Assembly: GCA_964016885.1 (NCBI GenBank)
Contig: OZ024743.1
Location: 315,766,001 to 315,830,000, forward strand
Reading direction: 5' to 3'
DNA length: 64,000 bases
Source of the DNA: Eledone cirrhosa
Taxonomy: Eukaryota
Position numbers and translations under genes: made by a program. Of the stretch, positions 1-12,548 are shown one piece after another. Numbering within the stretch: the first letter of the stretch is position 1; the number at the start of each line of letters is the position of its first letter. The notes under the pieces were generated by a model that was not told the DNA's origin, ran no database searches, and saw nothing but the letters and a program-made list of their open reading frames with translations.

Positions 1-973
1 TTCCTTGTGTTATAAAAAAGTTCACAGTATATATACGTAAATATATACGATTAACATTCATGTCTTCATATATACGATTACCATTCATGCATTTAACATT
101 CTGTTAAAATTATGCATATCTGCAATCAAAACTGCGTGGTTAGGCAACATATCTCTTACTCACACACATAGATATACATATATATATATATACACACATG
201 TATGTATAAAAAAATATTTGCGTGCGTCTTCCCGCATCGCTCATGTATACATACAGACATACATACAATCATAAAAAAACCTATAACACTTTTATATGCA
301 TGTTAATACACACATACACATTTGTATAGAGATAATCAAATATTACTAAGGATTATACTTTGGAAATATAATTATAACAATATAAATTTAAAATACCAAA
401 GGATTATATTTTGGAAATACAATTATATCAGTATAGTCAAAAGGACAAACGAATTCTAGAAATATCAAAGCATTAAATATGTTTAAAACACTATAGAGTA
501 TCTTAAGTTAAAATAATATGTTTCATATATTTAGTATAGAAATTTATCCTACGTATATTTCAATCAAGATATTGAAAGGGTAGACTTATGAAAAGCTATC
601 AGAATCAAAACAAAAGTAATAAAAATAAATAAAAATAAAAATAAAAATAAAAGTTAAATAAATATTATATCAATATAATTTAAAAATTTAAAAATTTAAA
701 AATTTAAAAAATTTAAAATAGTTTAAAAAATTAAAAAATTTAAAAATTTTAAAGATTTTAAAAAACCCAAGGATTCTACAGATATCCTTATATTTAGTAT
801 AGAAATTTATCTTACGTATATTTTATTTAAGACATTGGAAGTATAGACATTTTAGAGTAGTTTATTATATCTATGTTTATATTTAGGAAGAAAGTTTAAA
901 AAGAAAAAGGTGAAGGAATCTCATGATTTATCGACAGGTTTCATATATTAACTAAATTACTTAATTAATTATA

Positions 974-3201
974 CTACATTTTAAATTTATATTTATATTT
1001 AAACGTTGAGTTCAATCTATGTCTGCAGCAACTGAATAAATTGTTCCTTAAATTAAGGGAATTTTTGGACTTTAATATAAAGAATATTTCTTCAATACAA
1101 AGATCACAATTTTCTGAAGAGGAATTAAAAGGAGTAGCTTTTGAAATAATATTCCAAGTCATCGAATATTTAACATTATCTCGTTTTAGGTCCCATAGTA
1201 GGCTAGATAGCGAAGTTGAAGATTTTTTGTTTGGATCTGTGAAAGAATTTTTATGATTATTGAAGCGAAATTTAAATTCTGTAGAGGTAGAACCAACATA
1301 GTTAAATGAATTTAAATTAGTTTTAACATTACAATTGTACACTACATTTTTAGCTAAGCAGTTGTTATTTAACGGACAGTTAGATTTATTTCTACAGTTA
1401 CAGTTATTCAATTGAATATTGCTTGGGTTATTATTGGTATTTTGGTTAGGTTTTAAATTTCTATTATTAATTCTATTAATATTTTGTGCTAAATTTTTGG
1501 TGGACGAGTAAGTTAATTTTATAGTGTGTCTATTAAAAATTGAGTAATATTTATGTGTTCTAGGGAAGCGTTTGTCAAGAGCTTTAAAGAATAGTTTAGC
1601 AATATGGGTTTTAATATTTAGTGAGAAAGGGGGAACAAACCATAATATATTTCTAGTTCTATTTCTTTTTCGGCTTTTGGAATTATTGTAATGTTTTCTA
1701 TTATAGTTGTTAAAGTTGTTACCATAATTAAAATTGTTATTATTTTGGTTAGTTTGCTTATTATTATTATTATCAATGTATTTAATTTTATTTCTATATC
1801 CAGCTCTACCTAACGCTTCGTTGTAGTACTGCGCTTTTTCATCAAATATAATTTTATTAGATGAAATTCTTGAAATTCTTTCTTGAACAGAGTTTACTAT
1901 AGTATTTTTAACAGATCTGGGGTGATTAGAGTTAAAATTAACATAATTCAAGTTCTCATTAAGTTTGTGAAATGGATAATGAAGACATGTGTTGAGATTT
2001 AGTGTTACGCCAAGAAAATTGACTATTTTATGGTTATTCTCTATTTCTACTTTTAGATTAAGGTAATTAAAAAATTGTATTATTTGTTTTCTTTTTCTAT
2101 TTAGTTCACAGCTATTATTTTGTATAAGTAAAAGCATTTCATCACGATATAAGCCTCCGGTTACACCTGGTATTTTTCTATGTAGCGAATTAATTATAAA
2201 TAGGCCCACAAGGTCTGTTACCTGAGCTGAGTCTGATGATCCCATAGTTATGTCGAAATTATTATTTCTATCTGCCCTAGTCCAGAGTTGGTTATTAAAT
2301 TCTATCAATGTTTTCCTTGCCGATAATATAATGTGCATTTCATTGCTAGTTAGGTCAGTATGTTTAAATGCGTAATTTAGTGCCTTATTCAGTAGAGTAG
2401 GAGTGATAGATGAATAGTAGTTAGCAATATTCAGCTGAATAAACTTATTATCATAGTTATATTTAATTTCTTTAAACCAATCGATAACCTCACTAGTCCC
2501 TTTCCATAATTTTAAGTAAGATAAATTAGGTAAGTTTTTAATTTGTTGTATTACCCTGTCTAGAATATTTTTGCTAAGTTTGCCCAGGTCAGATTTAGAT
2601 GGTTCAATTAATCTGACTGGTAAATCATTTTCAAAGTTTCTTTTGTGATCCTTCATATTGATCTTAGGTTTCCTAGGCATGAAGGGTTGTGTTTTATTCT
2701 CAATGTCTAATTCATGCATTATACAAGATGCATCTGTATTCAGTTTTTCAAGTTCGTCCTTATTTGCTACCTTGTACTTTTTCCTTAGTTCTTTCAATAT
2801 AAGATTGTTATAAATATCCTTTTGTATTCCATAAAGATTATTAGTTTTGTCCGACTTCACCAGAATTTTCTCTGTTTTCTCCAAGTTTTCAATATTATCC
2901 TTAATACTTCTTAAGTAATCCTGGCCTTTGAAGTTTTTTCTGAATTTGATGCCTTGGATGATAGATACGATATCATTTTCAAAATCCATTAGTAGTTTGT
3001 TGGGGGTGGATTTTTTTTAGATTTGAAAATTTTATCCAGATTTGAAACATTTTCATTTAGATTAGATTTATCAAAGTGGAAAGCACGCCACCTGATTCTT
3101 CTTATAAAAGAGTCTGATTTTTCTATTAATTGTTTAATAAAATCTTTGTTCCTAGGTAGAGGTATGTCTTTTAGAGAAGAAGAGATCTTAAAGAATTCCA
3201 T
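974..3201 (-). pseudogene. PLE reverse transcriptase-GIY-YIG endonuclease (frameshift near 2989, degenerate catalytic motifs)
   Basis: FDITMGSSDSAQVTDLVG, YRDE in place of YxDD, CNCRNKSNCPLNNNC linker, VVYNC...YVGST, CDLC...CCRH. The N-terminus lies in ORF 2989-3201. Confidence 0.85.
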
Positions 3202-3381
3202 TTTTTCAGTTATAATGTAAAGCGCTCAACAATACAGGAGCAGAATATATGCAAAAGTTCTATTTAAAATTGTTGGGATACAACAAGTAAATATTTTTAT
3301 AACTGATATAAAGCACTCGACAAGTATTTGGAGTAGATATACGATATTAATAAATGGAAACTATATTTATAAAACCATATT

Positions 3382-3446
3382 TATTTCCTTATACATATTT
3401 CAGGGATACCAAATTAAATTATGGTATGCCTTCATCAGACAAAATA
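3382..3446 (-). ncRNA. Type I hammerhead ribozyme in PLE pseudo-LTR
   Basis: CUGAUGA-AGGCAUACCA..UGGUAUCCCU-GAAA-UAUGUAUA on the minus strand. Confidence 0.75.
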
Positions 3447-3586
3447 CAATATATAACAGTTTTACAAATAAGCTTTGACGTACCACTATGACTTATTAAA
3501 ATAATATAATCCGGATGGCTTCCAAAAATAATGGTTGCATTTTAATAGGGTACGTCAAAGCTTATTTGTAAAACTGTTATATATTG

Positions 3587-3651
3587 TATTTTGTCTGATG
3601 AAGGCATACCATAATTTAATTTGGTATCCCTGAAATATGTATAATGAAATA
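3587..3651 (+). ncRNA. Type I hammerhead ribozyme (inverted copy)
   Basis: Stem I UAUUUUGU/AUGAAAUA, CUGAUGA 3595-3601, GAAA 3632-3635. Confidence 0.8.
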
Positions 3652-3776
3652 AATATGGTTTTATAAATATAGTTTCCATTTGTTAATATCGTATATCTAC
3701 TCCAAATAATTGTCGAGTGCTTTATATCAGTTATAAAAATATTTACTTGTATCCCAACAATTTTAAATAGAACTTT

Positions 3777-3883
<107 letters not shown>

Positions 3884-3913
3884 ACACGGGTGTGTATGAT
3901 TGTGTATAGAAGA

Positions 3914-4777
<864 letters not shown>

Positions 4778-4789
4778 TATAATAATAAT

Positions 4790-4837
<48 letters not shown>

Positions 4838-4883
4838 GAAAAGTATAGATATTATTGTTACAAGAAGCCAACAGTATTCCATA

Positions 4884-4958
<75 letters not shown>

Positions 4959-4960
<2 letters not shown>

Positions 4961-5159
4961 TACGTTATTCCGGGTTGAATCGGAGGTAACCACAGTAAAT
5001 AAGGTGCTCAATACATAGCAGAGAATAAAAGTTTTAATATAGATGAGATTCTACAGGACTAGAAGTGTTTCATTCTTTAGAAATCATCAGGAGATTCCTG
5101 ATGATTTCTAAAGAATGAAACAGTTCTAGTCCTGTAGAATCTCATCTATATTAAAACTT
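4959..5159. mobile_element. Short fold-back element with truncated HHR cores
   Basis: Arms 5030-5092 and 5096-5159, each with CUGAUGA-UUUC-UAAA-GAAU-GAAAC. The 5' strand of stem I is lost at the inversion point. Confidence 0.7.
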
Positions 5160-5992
5160 ATATATATATATATATATATAATTACTGGCGTGCTAATCAA
5201 CATACGTTGAGTTCTTCACAGATCGTACAGTACTGTATTATTAACCCCCTCTGCCTTCCACTCTTCATCAATATAACAACTTACCAGTCTGCATCAAGCC
5301 GCCAGTCATACAACACCTGATGGAGCCTTGTCTCACACGTGTTCGTGGACGGTGAGAAGTCTTGTATATTTGGTTGATTAATTAATTAATTTAATTATTA
5401 ACTGATAGGTTGATTAATTAACCGAGATTGGCTACTGGTGAAAGTTTCCTATCTTGGGTGCGCTAATTGTCCATTTAATGGTGGTAATTGCCACGTTTTA
5501 TTCGGAGCTAGAATCGAATGTCTGGGTGTACTGGTGAACAATGTATTGCTAAGCAATATTTCCTTGTTCTAACTGATTGTATACTCTATATGTTTGTTTC
5601 TTTTTATCAGATGTCTAATTTGCTGTACCATTAACGACATCTTGTGTGTTCCTTCTTCTTCGGAAATGTTAGTGTCTTTACATTAAGGGGTTATGATGTC
5701 ACCAAGTCAGTGTACAATTTATTTTGTATACTGATACCTAGATTATATATATAACAAAGATGGGTTGAATTTCTAAAAGGCTTTGGTATTTCTGTATATA
5801 TGTATATATATATATATAATAGTAGAATATAAGAGAAAACGAACACAGATATATACATATATGTGTTCAACTCGTAAGGGACCAGATTCGCTAAGGTGCA
5901 AAGAATACTAACTATAGACAATTGGGTTCGCTTGTCTCAATTTAAGAAAGAATCAAAAAAATAAATACAAACCGGAACTGTGGTGACTACCG

Positions 5993-6070
5993 ATCACCCA
6001 GACAACTTGTTGTTGTTTCGCAATGTTAATTGTGAATAGAATTACCAATTCAAGCTCATCAGTGGGTGAT
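5993..6070 (-). ncRNA. Canonical type I hammerhead ribozyme
   Basis: Stem I AUCACCCA/UGGGUGAU, CUGAUGA, G-C closed stem II, GAAA-CAAC-aacaa-GUUG-UC (GUC site). Confidence 0.9.
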
Positions 6071-6257
6071 GAATTAGAATCCTAGACACTTCTAAGTATA
6101 TTAAGAAACTGAATAGTGTACTATATATAATAGCGCACATGGCATCCTAGTGCGTCTCACAAACTTACACCACTAAAAATAGCAGCCATGTTTATTCGAC
6201 ATTTGAAATAGCTCAACATATTAATATATATATATATATATTGATATATATATATAA

Positions 6258-6296
<39 letters not shown>

Positions 6297-6591
6297 TATA
6301 AATTATGTCCTTAGAATCATTTGATAAGATATATACTCAATTTCTTCTCCCAATTAGCGTAATCAACCACACAAAAAAAAACAATTAAACCAGGCTAGAA
6401 GATTAAAAAGCACCTGTGAAGAAATAATAGATAAATAAACGATAGCCATTTATTCGCGATCAACAGCCATAGAATATTTACCCATCATTTCAATAGCACG
6501 TGGAAATCGATTAAATATATCGTCAACCATACACAATTAGGTATAAAATTAAAGTTAGAAGAAAAAATGCATATACACATACCTGATTTAC

Positions 6592-6672
6592 GTTTCTACC
6601 CTTAGAGTTTCGTTCGCTTTCGGAAATATCCTATCAAGGATAAATTCTCGAGCTTCGAACTCATCAGGAAAC
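6592..6672 (-). ncRNA. Type I hammerhead ribozyme with extended stem II
   Basis: Stem I GUUUC/GAAAC, CUGAUGA, stem II GUUCG/CGAAC, GAAA-CUC-UAA-GG-GUA. Confidence 0.85.
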
Positions 6673-7028
6673 AAACTCACTTGGACAAAGATTTTTCTTA
6701 AAGGATCCCCGCCAGAAAAGAATTCAAACTGGCTAAGAAATGTGACGTGGCAGTGGTCAAGTCAGAAAGAATGTGATTTGTGCGTTGCGGGTAGTAGGCT
6801 GGGTGCCAGACAGCGCAGCCTAATATTGCCCAAATTGCATCTCAACCTTATGGGAGACTATCTAATTGGGAGAGGAAATTGAGTATATATCTTATCAAAT
6901 GATTCTAAGGACATAATTTATAGTATATTGCTCTGATTATTTAATTTATTAATTCATCATTGAGCCACATCGTGAATGGTTGCCTAAAACATATCTATAA
7001 CTCTGTCTAGTTTGTGTATATGTAAATC

Positions 7029-7094
<66 letters not shown>

Positions 7095-7580
7095 TATAAA
7101 CGTTTGTATATGTATAATAAAGCCAAAACAATGCAGGTATCGACATAGAATAAAGAATGCAAATGCAAAAGATATTGTTGACAATTAGTCTTTTACCTTA
7201 GATTTATTTAAATGTCCTAAATTTCGAGATAATATCTCTTCAGAGGGAAGTAAAGCTGTCAAACCAGTGTTCTAAATAGCTTGCCAAGTCATGCTGACAG
7301 GAAATGGTATAGAGTATCTGTTCTATCTCTAATGTCAAAGAGTTAAGATTAGGTGGATAAAGAGTAGTCTCCCTTTAAGAGGGGTTTGTTTTTGTTTTTT
7401 GGTTTTTTTTTATACATGCCTGTTTAAGTGTGTGGGAGAATGCATGAAGGTGTAAGTATGTGAGTGTGTGTGTGTGAGTGTGAGAAGATATGTCTATACG
7501 TAAATCTGGGGGATAGATGTTATCTCGTGTTAGAACTGGTTTTGTGTGTGTATGTGTGAGAGAGAATAAGTGGAGGTGTA

Positions 7581-7620
<40 letters not shown>

Positions 7621-7652
7621 CGTGTGTGAGTGTGTGTGTGGGGGGTGTAAAT

Positions 7653-10238
7653 ATGGGGCTAGAAGCTCTATCTAACCTCCTCCTTTCCTTACGCCTGAGC
7701 CAGGCCCAGTTCACAACTGTAAAGAAACTCTTCCAGCTATCTGAAAAGCGCGCCAAAGCCAGCAGCCAAATAAACTTCCTAAAACGATGTCTGAATAACA
7801 ACATCATCCCCAAAACTATCAAAAATGTGCACCTACCAACATGCTTCAAATCACCAGGCCTCAAACGATCACTTAGTTACATACAAAAATTCTGCCTAAG
7901 AAAACTCATACAACACCTACACCGCACGCTACAACAACACATACGGACTATTTCCAGCCTTGTACAACAACTCACTGGAACCCCAGAACCTCTGTCCAGA
8001 GTCATCTCCGCCGCTATAGACAGGTCATACCACCATCGCCGAGACTACGAGAAAATACGCCTAACGCAAAAATTTCTCAAACTCAGGACGGCCAACTGTC
8101 TTAACAACATCCCAACTCTAAACACCAACAGAGGCGAACAAGACGGTACCAACACCGAACCTAGCGGCGCCCCGACCAACAACACACCTGACGCAAAACA
8201 CCTCGTCACAGACTTGACAGGATCCCTCTCCCGAGAGGAATTAGACCTCATCAGCCTGGGTCCAAAGTTCATATTGAAACAGAGACTGGACGACAAATTA
8301 TGGCTCGACATAGAAACGAATTTCTGTCGGGCTGCCTACCAACTAAAATGGATATTGACTCTTGGCAACAACACCACGGAATCTATCAAACCCAGATTCC
8401 CGATATACCAACTGGATCGCCCACTCTGTCCACCGCCTGCCAACCGCGAGCTTGAAGAAAAACTCTCGAGGTTAAAACATTCCGTATTTAACATCTTACG
8501 GAAACAGAAGAAGATAGCCCCGAACCTCTCCAGGACACAACAACTCGCCCTGAAGAACCTACGGAATAGGGAACTTATATACTTACCATCCGACAAAGGT
8601 AAAGAGTTTTGCGTCATCTCTCAAGCCACATACAATCACCTAGCCTTTGAACACCTAAGCGACAATGAATTATACACAGAGATCCCGGACATGACTGCAG
8701 CCCAGATCGAAAAACAGACCAACTCCATCTGGTTCGATATCTGTAGGAGAAGACAACTCCCAAATAAAGTTAAGCTCAACTACACCACTAGAAATAGCAG
8801 ACTGCCCACGTTCTACCACCTCATCAAGACCCACAAGAATAGTACTAAGACGCAAATAAAACCCATCGTCTCTAGCATAGAAGGACCCCTATACAAAATT
8901 TCCTGGCTCCTCTCCCAGGTCCTCAAGCCTCTACTCTCCACCTTTCCCGGGCATGTCAGTAGCTCCGACGAAGTTATACGTAGACTACATCAACTCCAGC
9001 CAGAACAACTTAAACTAAATAGATACGCCTTTAGCCTCGACGTTGTCTCCCTCTACACTACAGTCCCCGCTCATCCAGCTGTCGATTTATTGACGGACTG
9101 CGTGGTCGCAGAGGACATCCACTGCTACAGCCTCCACCAGACGGACATACACCAGCTTTTGTCGTTCACAGTAGACAACACGTACTTCACCTTCCACTAC
9201 CACACATACAGACAGACAACAGGATTACCCATGGGATCCAGCCTATCTGGCCTGCTGGCCATCACCTACATGAACCAGCTAGAATGCCGAGCCCTCAACA
9301 CCTGCCATTCCCATACCTTCTTCACCCGATATGTAGATGACATACTCATCCTTACATCATCCCATGAGGAGGCAGATAAAATGTACACAACATTCTCCAG
9401 CATGGACGCCAGTATAAAGTTCAGCATGGAACACCCCGATGACCGCGGATCCCTATCCCTACTGGACTTCCAACTCAGGGTAACGGAGGAAGGCAACATC
9501 CACACCTGCTTCTATAAAAAAGCCGCCAGCAGGGACCTGTTCGTACATTTTAGATCGGCCCTCCCACTCGGTGCCAAGTTCGGATACATAAGGAACGAAT
9601 TGGCACGTATCCGGAACAAATGCACCGACGCTAGAGACCGAGACACACACACCACACATTTCCTGGAAGTACTCAAACTGAACGGATACACGACATCCAC
9701 CACAAACCGTGCCAGAAATAACAGAGGACACCACACCCGAGACACTAACACTTGCTTCCTGAAGCTCCCACACTTCAGTGAAGAAACAACAACAGCCATC
9801 CGAAGAGCTATCAGACGAGAGGGACTAGATATCCAACTGGCCCACTCAGGTCCTTCTCTACGCGGTCAGCTAACCAAAAGACACTCCACCAGACATGACA
9901 ACTGCTGCAGACTAGCCAACTGCCCCATCAACGACACAGACCTATGCCACCAGGCTTACGTCGTTTACAGACTAGAGTGTGACAAATGCAACAACTTCTA
10001 CGTAGGTAGCACCACCAGACCACTCCACATAAGAATAAAAGAACACCTCAATACTAACGCTTCCTCATTTAAGAATCACCTAGTTAAATTCAAAAACACC
10101 GACAAAACCATAACTGTTAGGATAGAAACTAAGGAAAGAAACCTCGGCAATCTTAGAATTAAGGAAGCACTAATTATAGACAAAACACAACCACCAATGA
10201 ATAATGGACTAGAACTCAACACCCAATTTATAATTTGA
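7653..10238 (+). CDS. PLE reverse transcriptase with GIY-YIG endonuclease (open frame)
   Basis: PSDKG, LDVVSLYT, GLPMGSSLS, YVDD, VVYRLECDKCNNFYVGST..RIKEH..EAL. First ATG is at 7653. The upstream part of the track ORF is (GT)n. Confidence 0.9.
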   Translation: MGLEALSNLLLSLRLSQAQFTTVKKLFQLSEKRAKASSQINFLKRCLNNNIIPKTIKNVHLPTCFKSPGLKRSLSYIQKFCLRKLIQHLHRTLQQHIRTISSLVQQLTGTPEPLSRVISAAIDRSYHHRRDYEKIRLTQKFLKLRTANCLNNIPTLNTNRGEQDGTNTEPSGAPTNNTPDAKHLVTDLTGSLSREELDLISLGPKFILKQRLDDKLWLDIETNFCRAAYQLKWILTLGNNTTESIKPRFPIYQLDRPLCPPPANRELEEKLSRLKHSVFNILRKQKKIAPNLSRTQQLALKNLRNRELIYLPSDKGKEFCVISQATYNHLAFEHLSDNELYTEIPDMTAAQIEKQTNSIWFDICRRRQLPNKVKLNYTTRNSRLPTFYHLIKTHKNSTKTQIKPIVSSIEGPLYKISWLLSQVLKPLLSTFPGHVSSSDEVIRRLHQLQPEQLKLNRYAFSLDVVSLYTTVPAHPAVDLLTDCVVAEDIHCYSLHQTDIHQLLSFTVDNTYFTFHYHTYRQTTGLPMGSSLSGLLAITYMNQLECRALNTCHSHTFFTRYVDDILILTSSHEEADKMYTTFSSMDASIKFSMEHPDDRGSLSLLDFQLRVTEEGNIHTCFYKKAASRDLFVHFRSALPLGAKFGYIRNELARIRNKCTDARDRDTHTTHFLEVLKLNGYTTSTTNRARNNRGHHTRDTNTCFLKLPHFSEETTTAIRRAIRREGLDIQLAHSGPSLRGQLTKRHSTRHDNCCRLANCPINDTDLCHQAYVVYRLECDKCNNFYVGSTTRPLHIRIKEHLNTNASSFKNHLVKFKNTDKTITVRIETKERNLGNLRIKEALIIDKTQPPMNNGLELNTQFII

Positions 10239-10295
10239 TAGAGCTTCTAGCCCCATATTTATCCCCCACACACACACACACCCACACACGCACGC

Positions 10296-10332
<37 letters not shown>

Positions 10333-10663
10333 TACACCTCCACTTATTCTCTCTCACACACACACACACAACCAGTTCTAACACGAGATAACATCTATCC
10401 CCCAAATTTACGTATAGACATATCTTCTCACACTCACACACACACACTCACATACTTAGACCTTCATGCATTCTCCCACACACTTAAACAGGCATGTATA
10501 AAAAAAACCCAAAAAACAAAAACAAACCCCTCTTAAAGGGAGACTACTCTTTATCCACCTAATCTTAACTCTTTGACATTAGAGATAGAACAGATACTCT
10601 ATACCATTTCCTGTCAGCATGACTTGGCACGATATTTAGAACACTGGTTTGACAGATTTATTT

Positions 10664-10700
10664 CCCTCTGAAGAAGAGATATTATCTCGAAAATTTAGGA
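10664..10700 (+). ncRNA. Minimal HHR-like motif in 3' pseudo-LTR
   Basis: CUGAAGA-A-GAGAU-AUU-AUCUC-GAAA-AUUUA with weak stem I. An altered inverted copy lies near 7215-7248. Confidence 0.6.
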
Positions 10701-10858
10701 CATTTAAATAAATCTAAGGTAAAAGACTAATTGTCAACAATATCTTTTGCATTTGCATTCTTTATTCTATGTCCATACCTGCATTGTTTTGGCTTTATTA
10801 TACATATACAAACGTTTATACCTCATTACACAATGCTTCAAGTGAACTATAACCTCCT

Positions 10859-10901
<43 letters not shown>

Positions 10902-10904
<3 letters not shown>

Positions 10905-11900
10905 ACAAACATAGAATATTCGAAAATATTCTGTATGTTTATAATAAACATTTTGAAGACCTAATCGCTATAGAATAGAATACGTCACGTATTACAATTT
11001 GAGATTCTCGATAAAAGCAAGGGAAGTAACCTACGCGTTTCATTCTTATTTGAAATCATCAGGATTACATATCCAATGCTTTTATCGAGAATGACACAGC
11101 TAGAGACTTATAGAATACTTAGCTGTGTACAGGAACTGGTTTGAAAGAGCGGTTGCCGGTCCGGCAGAAATTAGAATTTGGATTTAATGCTCTGAAATAG
11201 CGATATATATGTGAAGACAAACATAGAATATTCGAAAATATTCTGTATGTTTATAATAAACATTTTGAAGACCTAATCGCTATAGAATAGAATACGTCAC
11301 GTATTACAATTTGAGATTCTCGATAAAAGCAAGGGAAGTAACCTACGCGTTTCATTCTTATTTGAAATCATCAGGATTACATATCCAATGCTTTTATCGA
11401 GAATGACACAGCTAGAGACTTATAGAATACTTAGCTGTGTACAGGAACTGGTTTGAAAGAGCGGTTGCCGGTCCGGCAGAAATTAGAATTTGGATTTAAT
11501 GCTCTGAAATAGCGATATATATAATATTTTCGAATATTCTATGTTTGTCTTCACATATATATCGCTATTTCAGAGCATTAAATCCAAATTCTAATTTCTG
11601 CCGGACCGGCAACCGCTCTTTCAAACCAGTTCCTGTACACAGCTAAGTATTCTATAAGTCTCTAGCTGTGTCATTCTCGATAAAAGCATTGGATATGTAA
11701 TCCTGATGATTTCAAATAAGAATGAAACGCGTAGGTTACTTCCCTTGCTTTTATCGAGAATCTCAAATTGTAATACGTGACGTATTCTATTCTATAGCGA
11801 TTAGGTCTTCAAAATGTTTATTATAAACATACAGAATATTTTCGAATATTCTATGTTTGTCTTCACATATATATCGCTATTTCAGAGCATTAAATCCAAA
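10902..11900. mobile_element. Retrozyme-like element: 312-bp unit, two tandem minus copies plus about 1.2 inverted plus copies
   Basis: Identical HHRs at 11026-11068 (-), 11338-11380 (-) and 11697-11739 (+), flanked by (TA)n. Confidence 0.88.
11697..11739 (+). ncRNA. Minimal type I hammerhead ribozyme
   Basis: GUAAUC-CUGAUGA-UUUC-AAAUAA-GAAU-GAAA-CGCGUA-GGUUAC with palindromic stem III ACGCGU. Confidence 0.88.
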
Positions 11901-12179
11901 TATATATATATATATATCCAGGGAGTGTAAGGTGTAGTTACTGTAGGTTCAGCCAGATGAGCACTTGATGTTTATATTCACGTCAGTGGCGAGGTGTAGA
12001 GCTAAGCAGAGTGTAATATAATAATACAAGGACGATTTATTAAGCCTTCATTACGCTTATTGATTAGTGACGCCCGTTTCGCTATTGATCAGCTCAATGT
12101 TCGATCTGTATCGATCTGGCCAGACTCTGGAATCAAAAGCCCGTCGTTCCACTGCTGTTGTAATGACAGAATGACCATA

Positions 12180-12252
<73 letters not shown>

Positions 12253-12377
12253 ATGTAGAAAGGTCACACGCGAGTTGATATATATAAAAACAAATAGTAG
12301 AAAGGAAAAAGATTTTTTCAGTAGAAAATGCTGAAGGGATTTTTTCAGTGAAATATCAAAACATTTACAATTTATTT

Positions 12378-12415
12378 ACAATACAGGTTTCAGCATTAAA
12401 TGCATTGTCAATTGC
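12378..12415 (-). ncRNA. HHR with U3-A8 core variant
   Basis: GCAA-UUGACAA-UGCAUUUAAUGCU-GAAA-CCUGUA-UUGU. Confidence 0.65.
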
Positions 12416-12509
12416 GGATATGCAAAATATATTGTTAAGTTGTATATTTGTACAAATATGTATGTGAAACGTGTATGTGAAAACTAATTTTTCTTCCGCT
12501 CTCTATTCC

Positions 12510-12540
<31 letters not shown>

Positions 12541-12548
12541 GTTATTAC

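Larger units (their letters stand above)
7093..10860 (+). mobile_element. Penelope/Poseidon-like retroelement with inverted 5' pseudo-LTR, inserted in (TA)n
   Basis: 7093-7672 is the inverted copy of 10238-10822, flanked by (TA)n on both sides. Confidence 0.92.

Noticed and set aside
340-850. Short direct duplications and AAAAATTT tandem downstream of the Naiad ORF
   Set aside because: Low-complexity 3' region with no supportable function
900-1400. Selenocysteine recoding or SECIS in the Naiad-like element
   Set aside because: All Cys positions are sense codons, the ORF ends in TAG, and the downstream ATGA..AAA lacks a pairing stem
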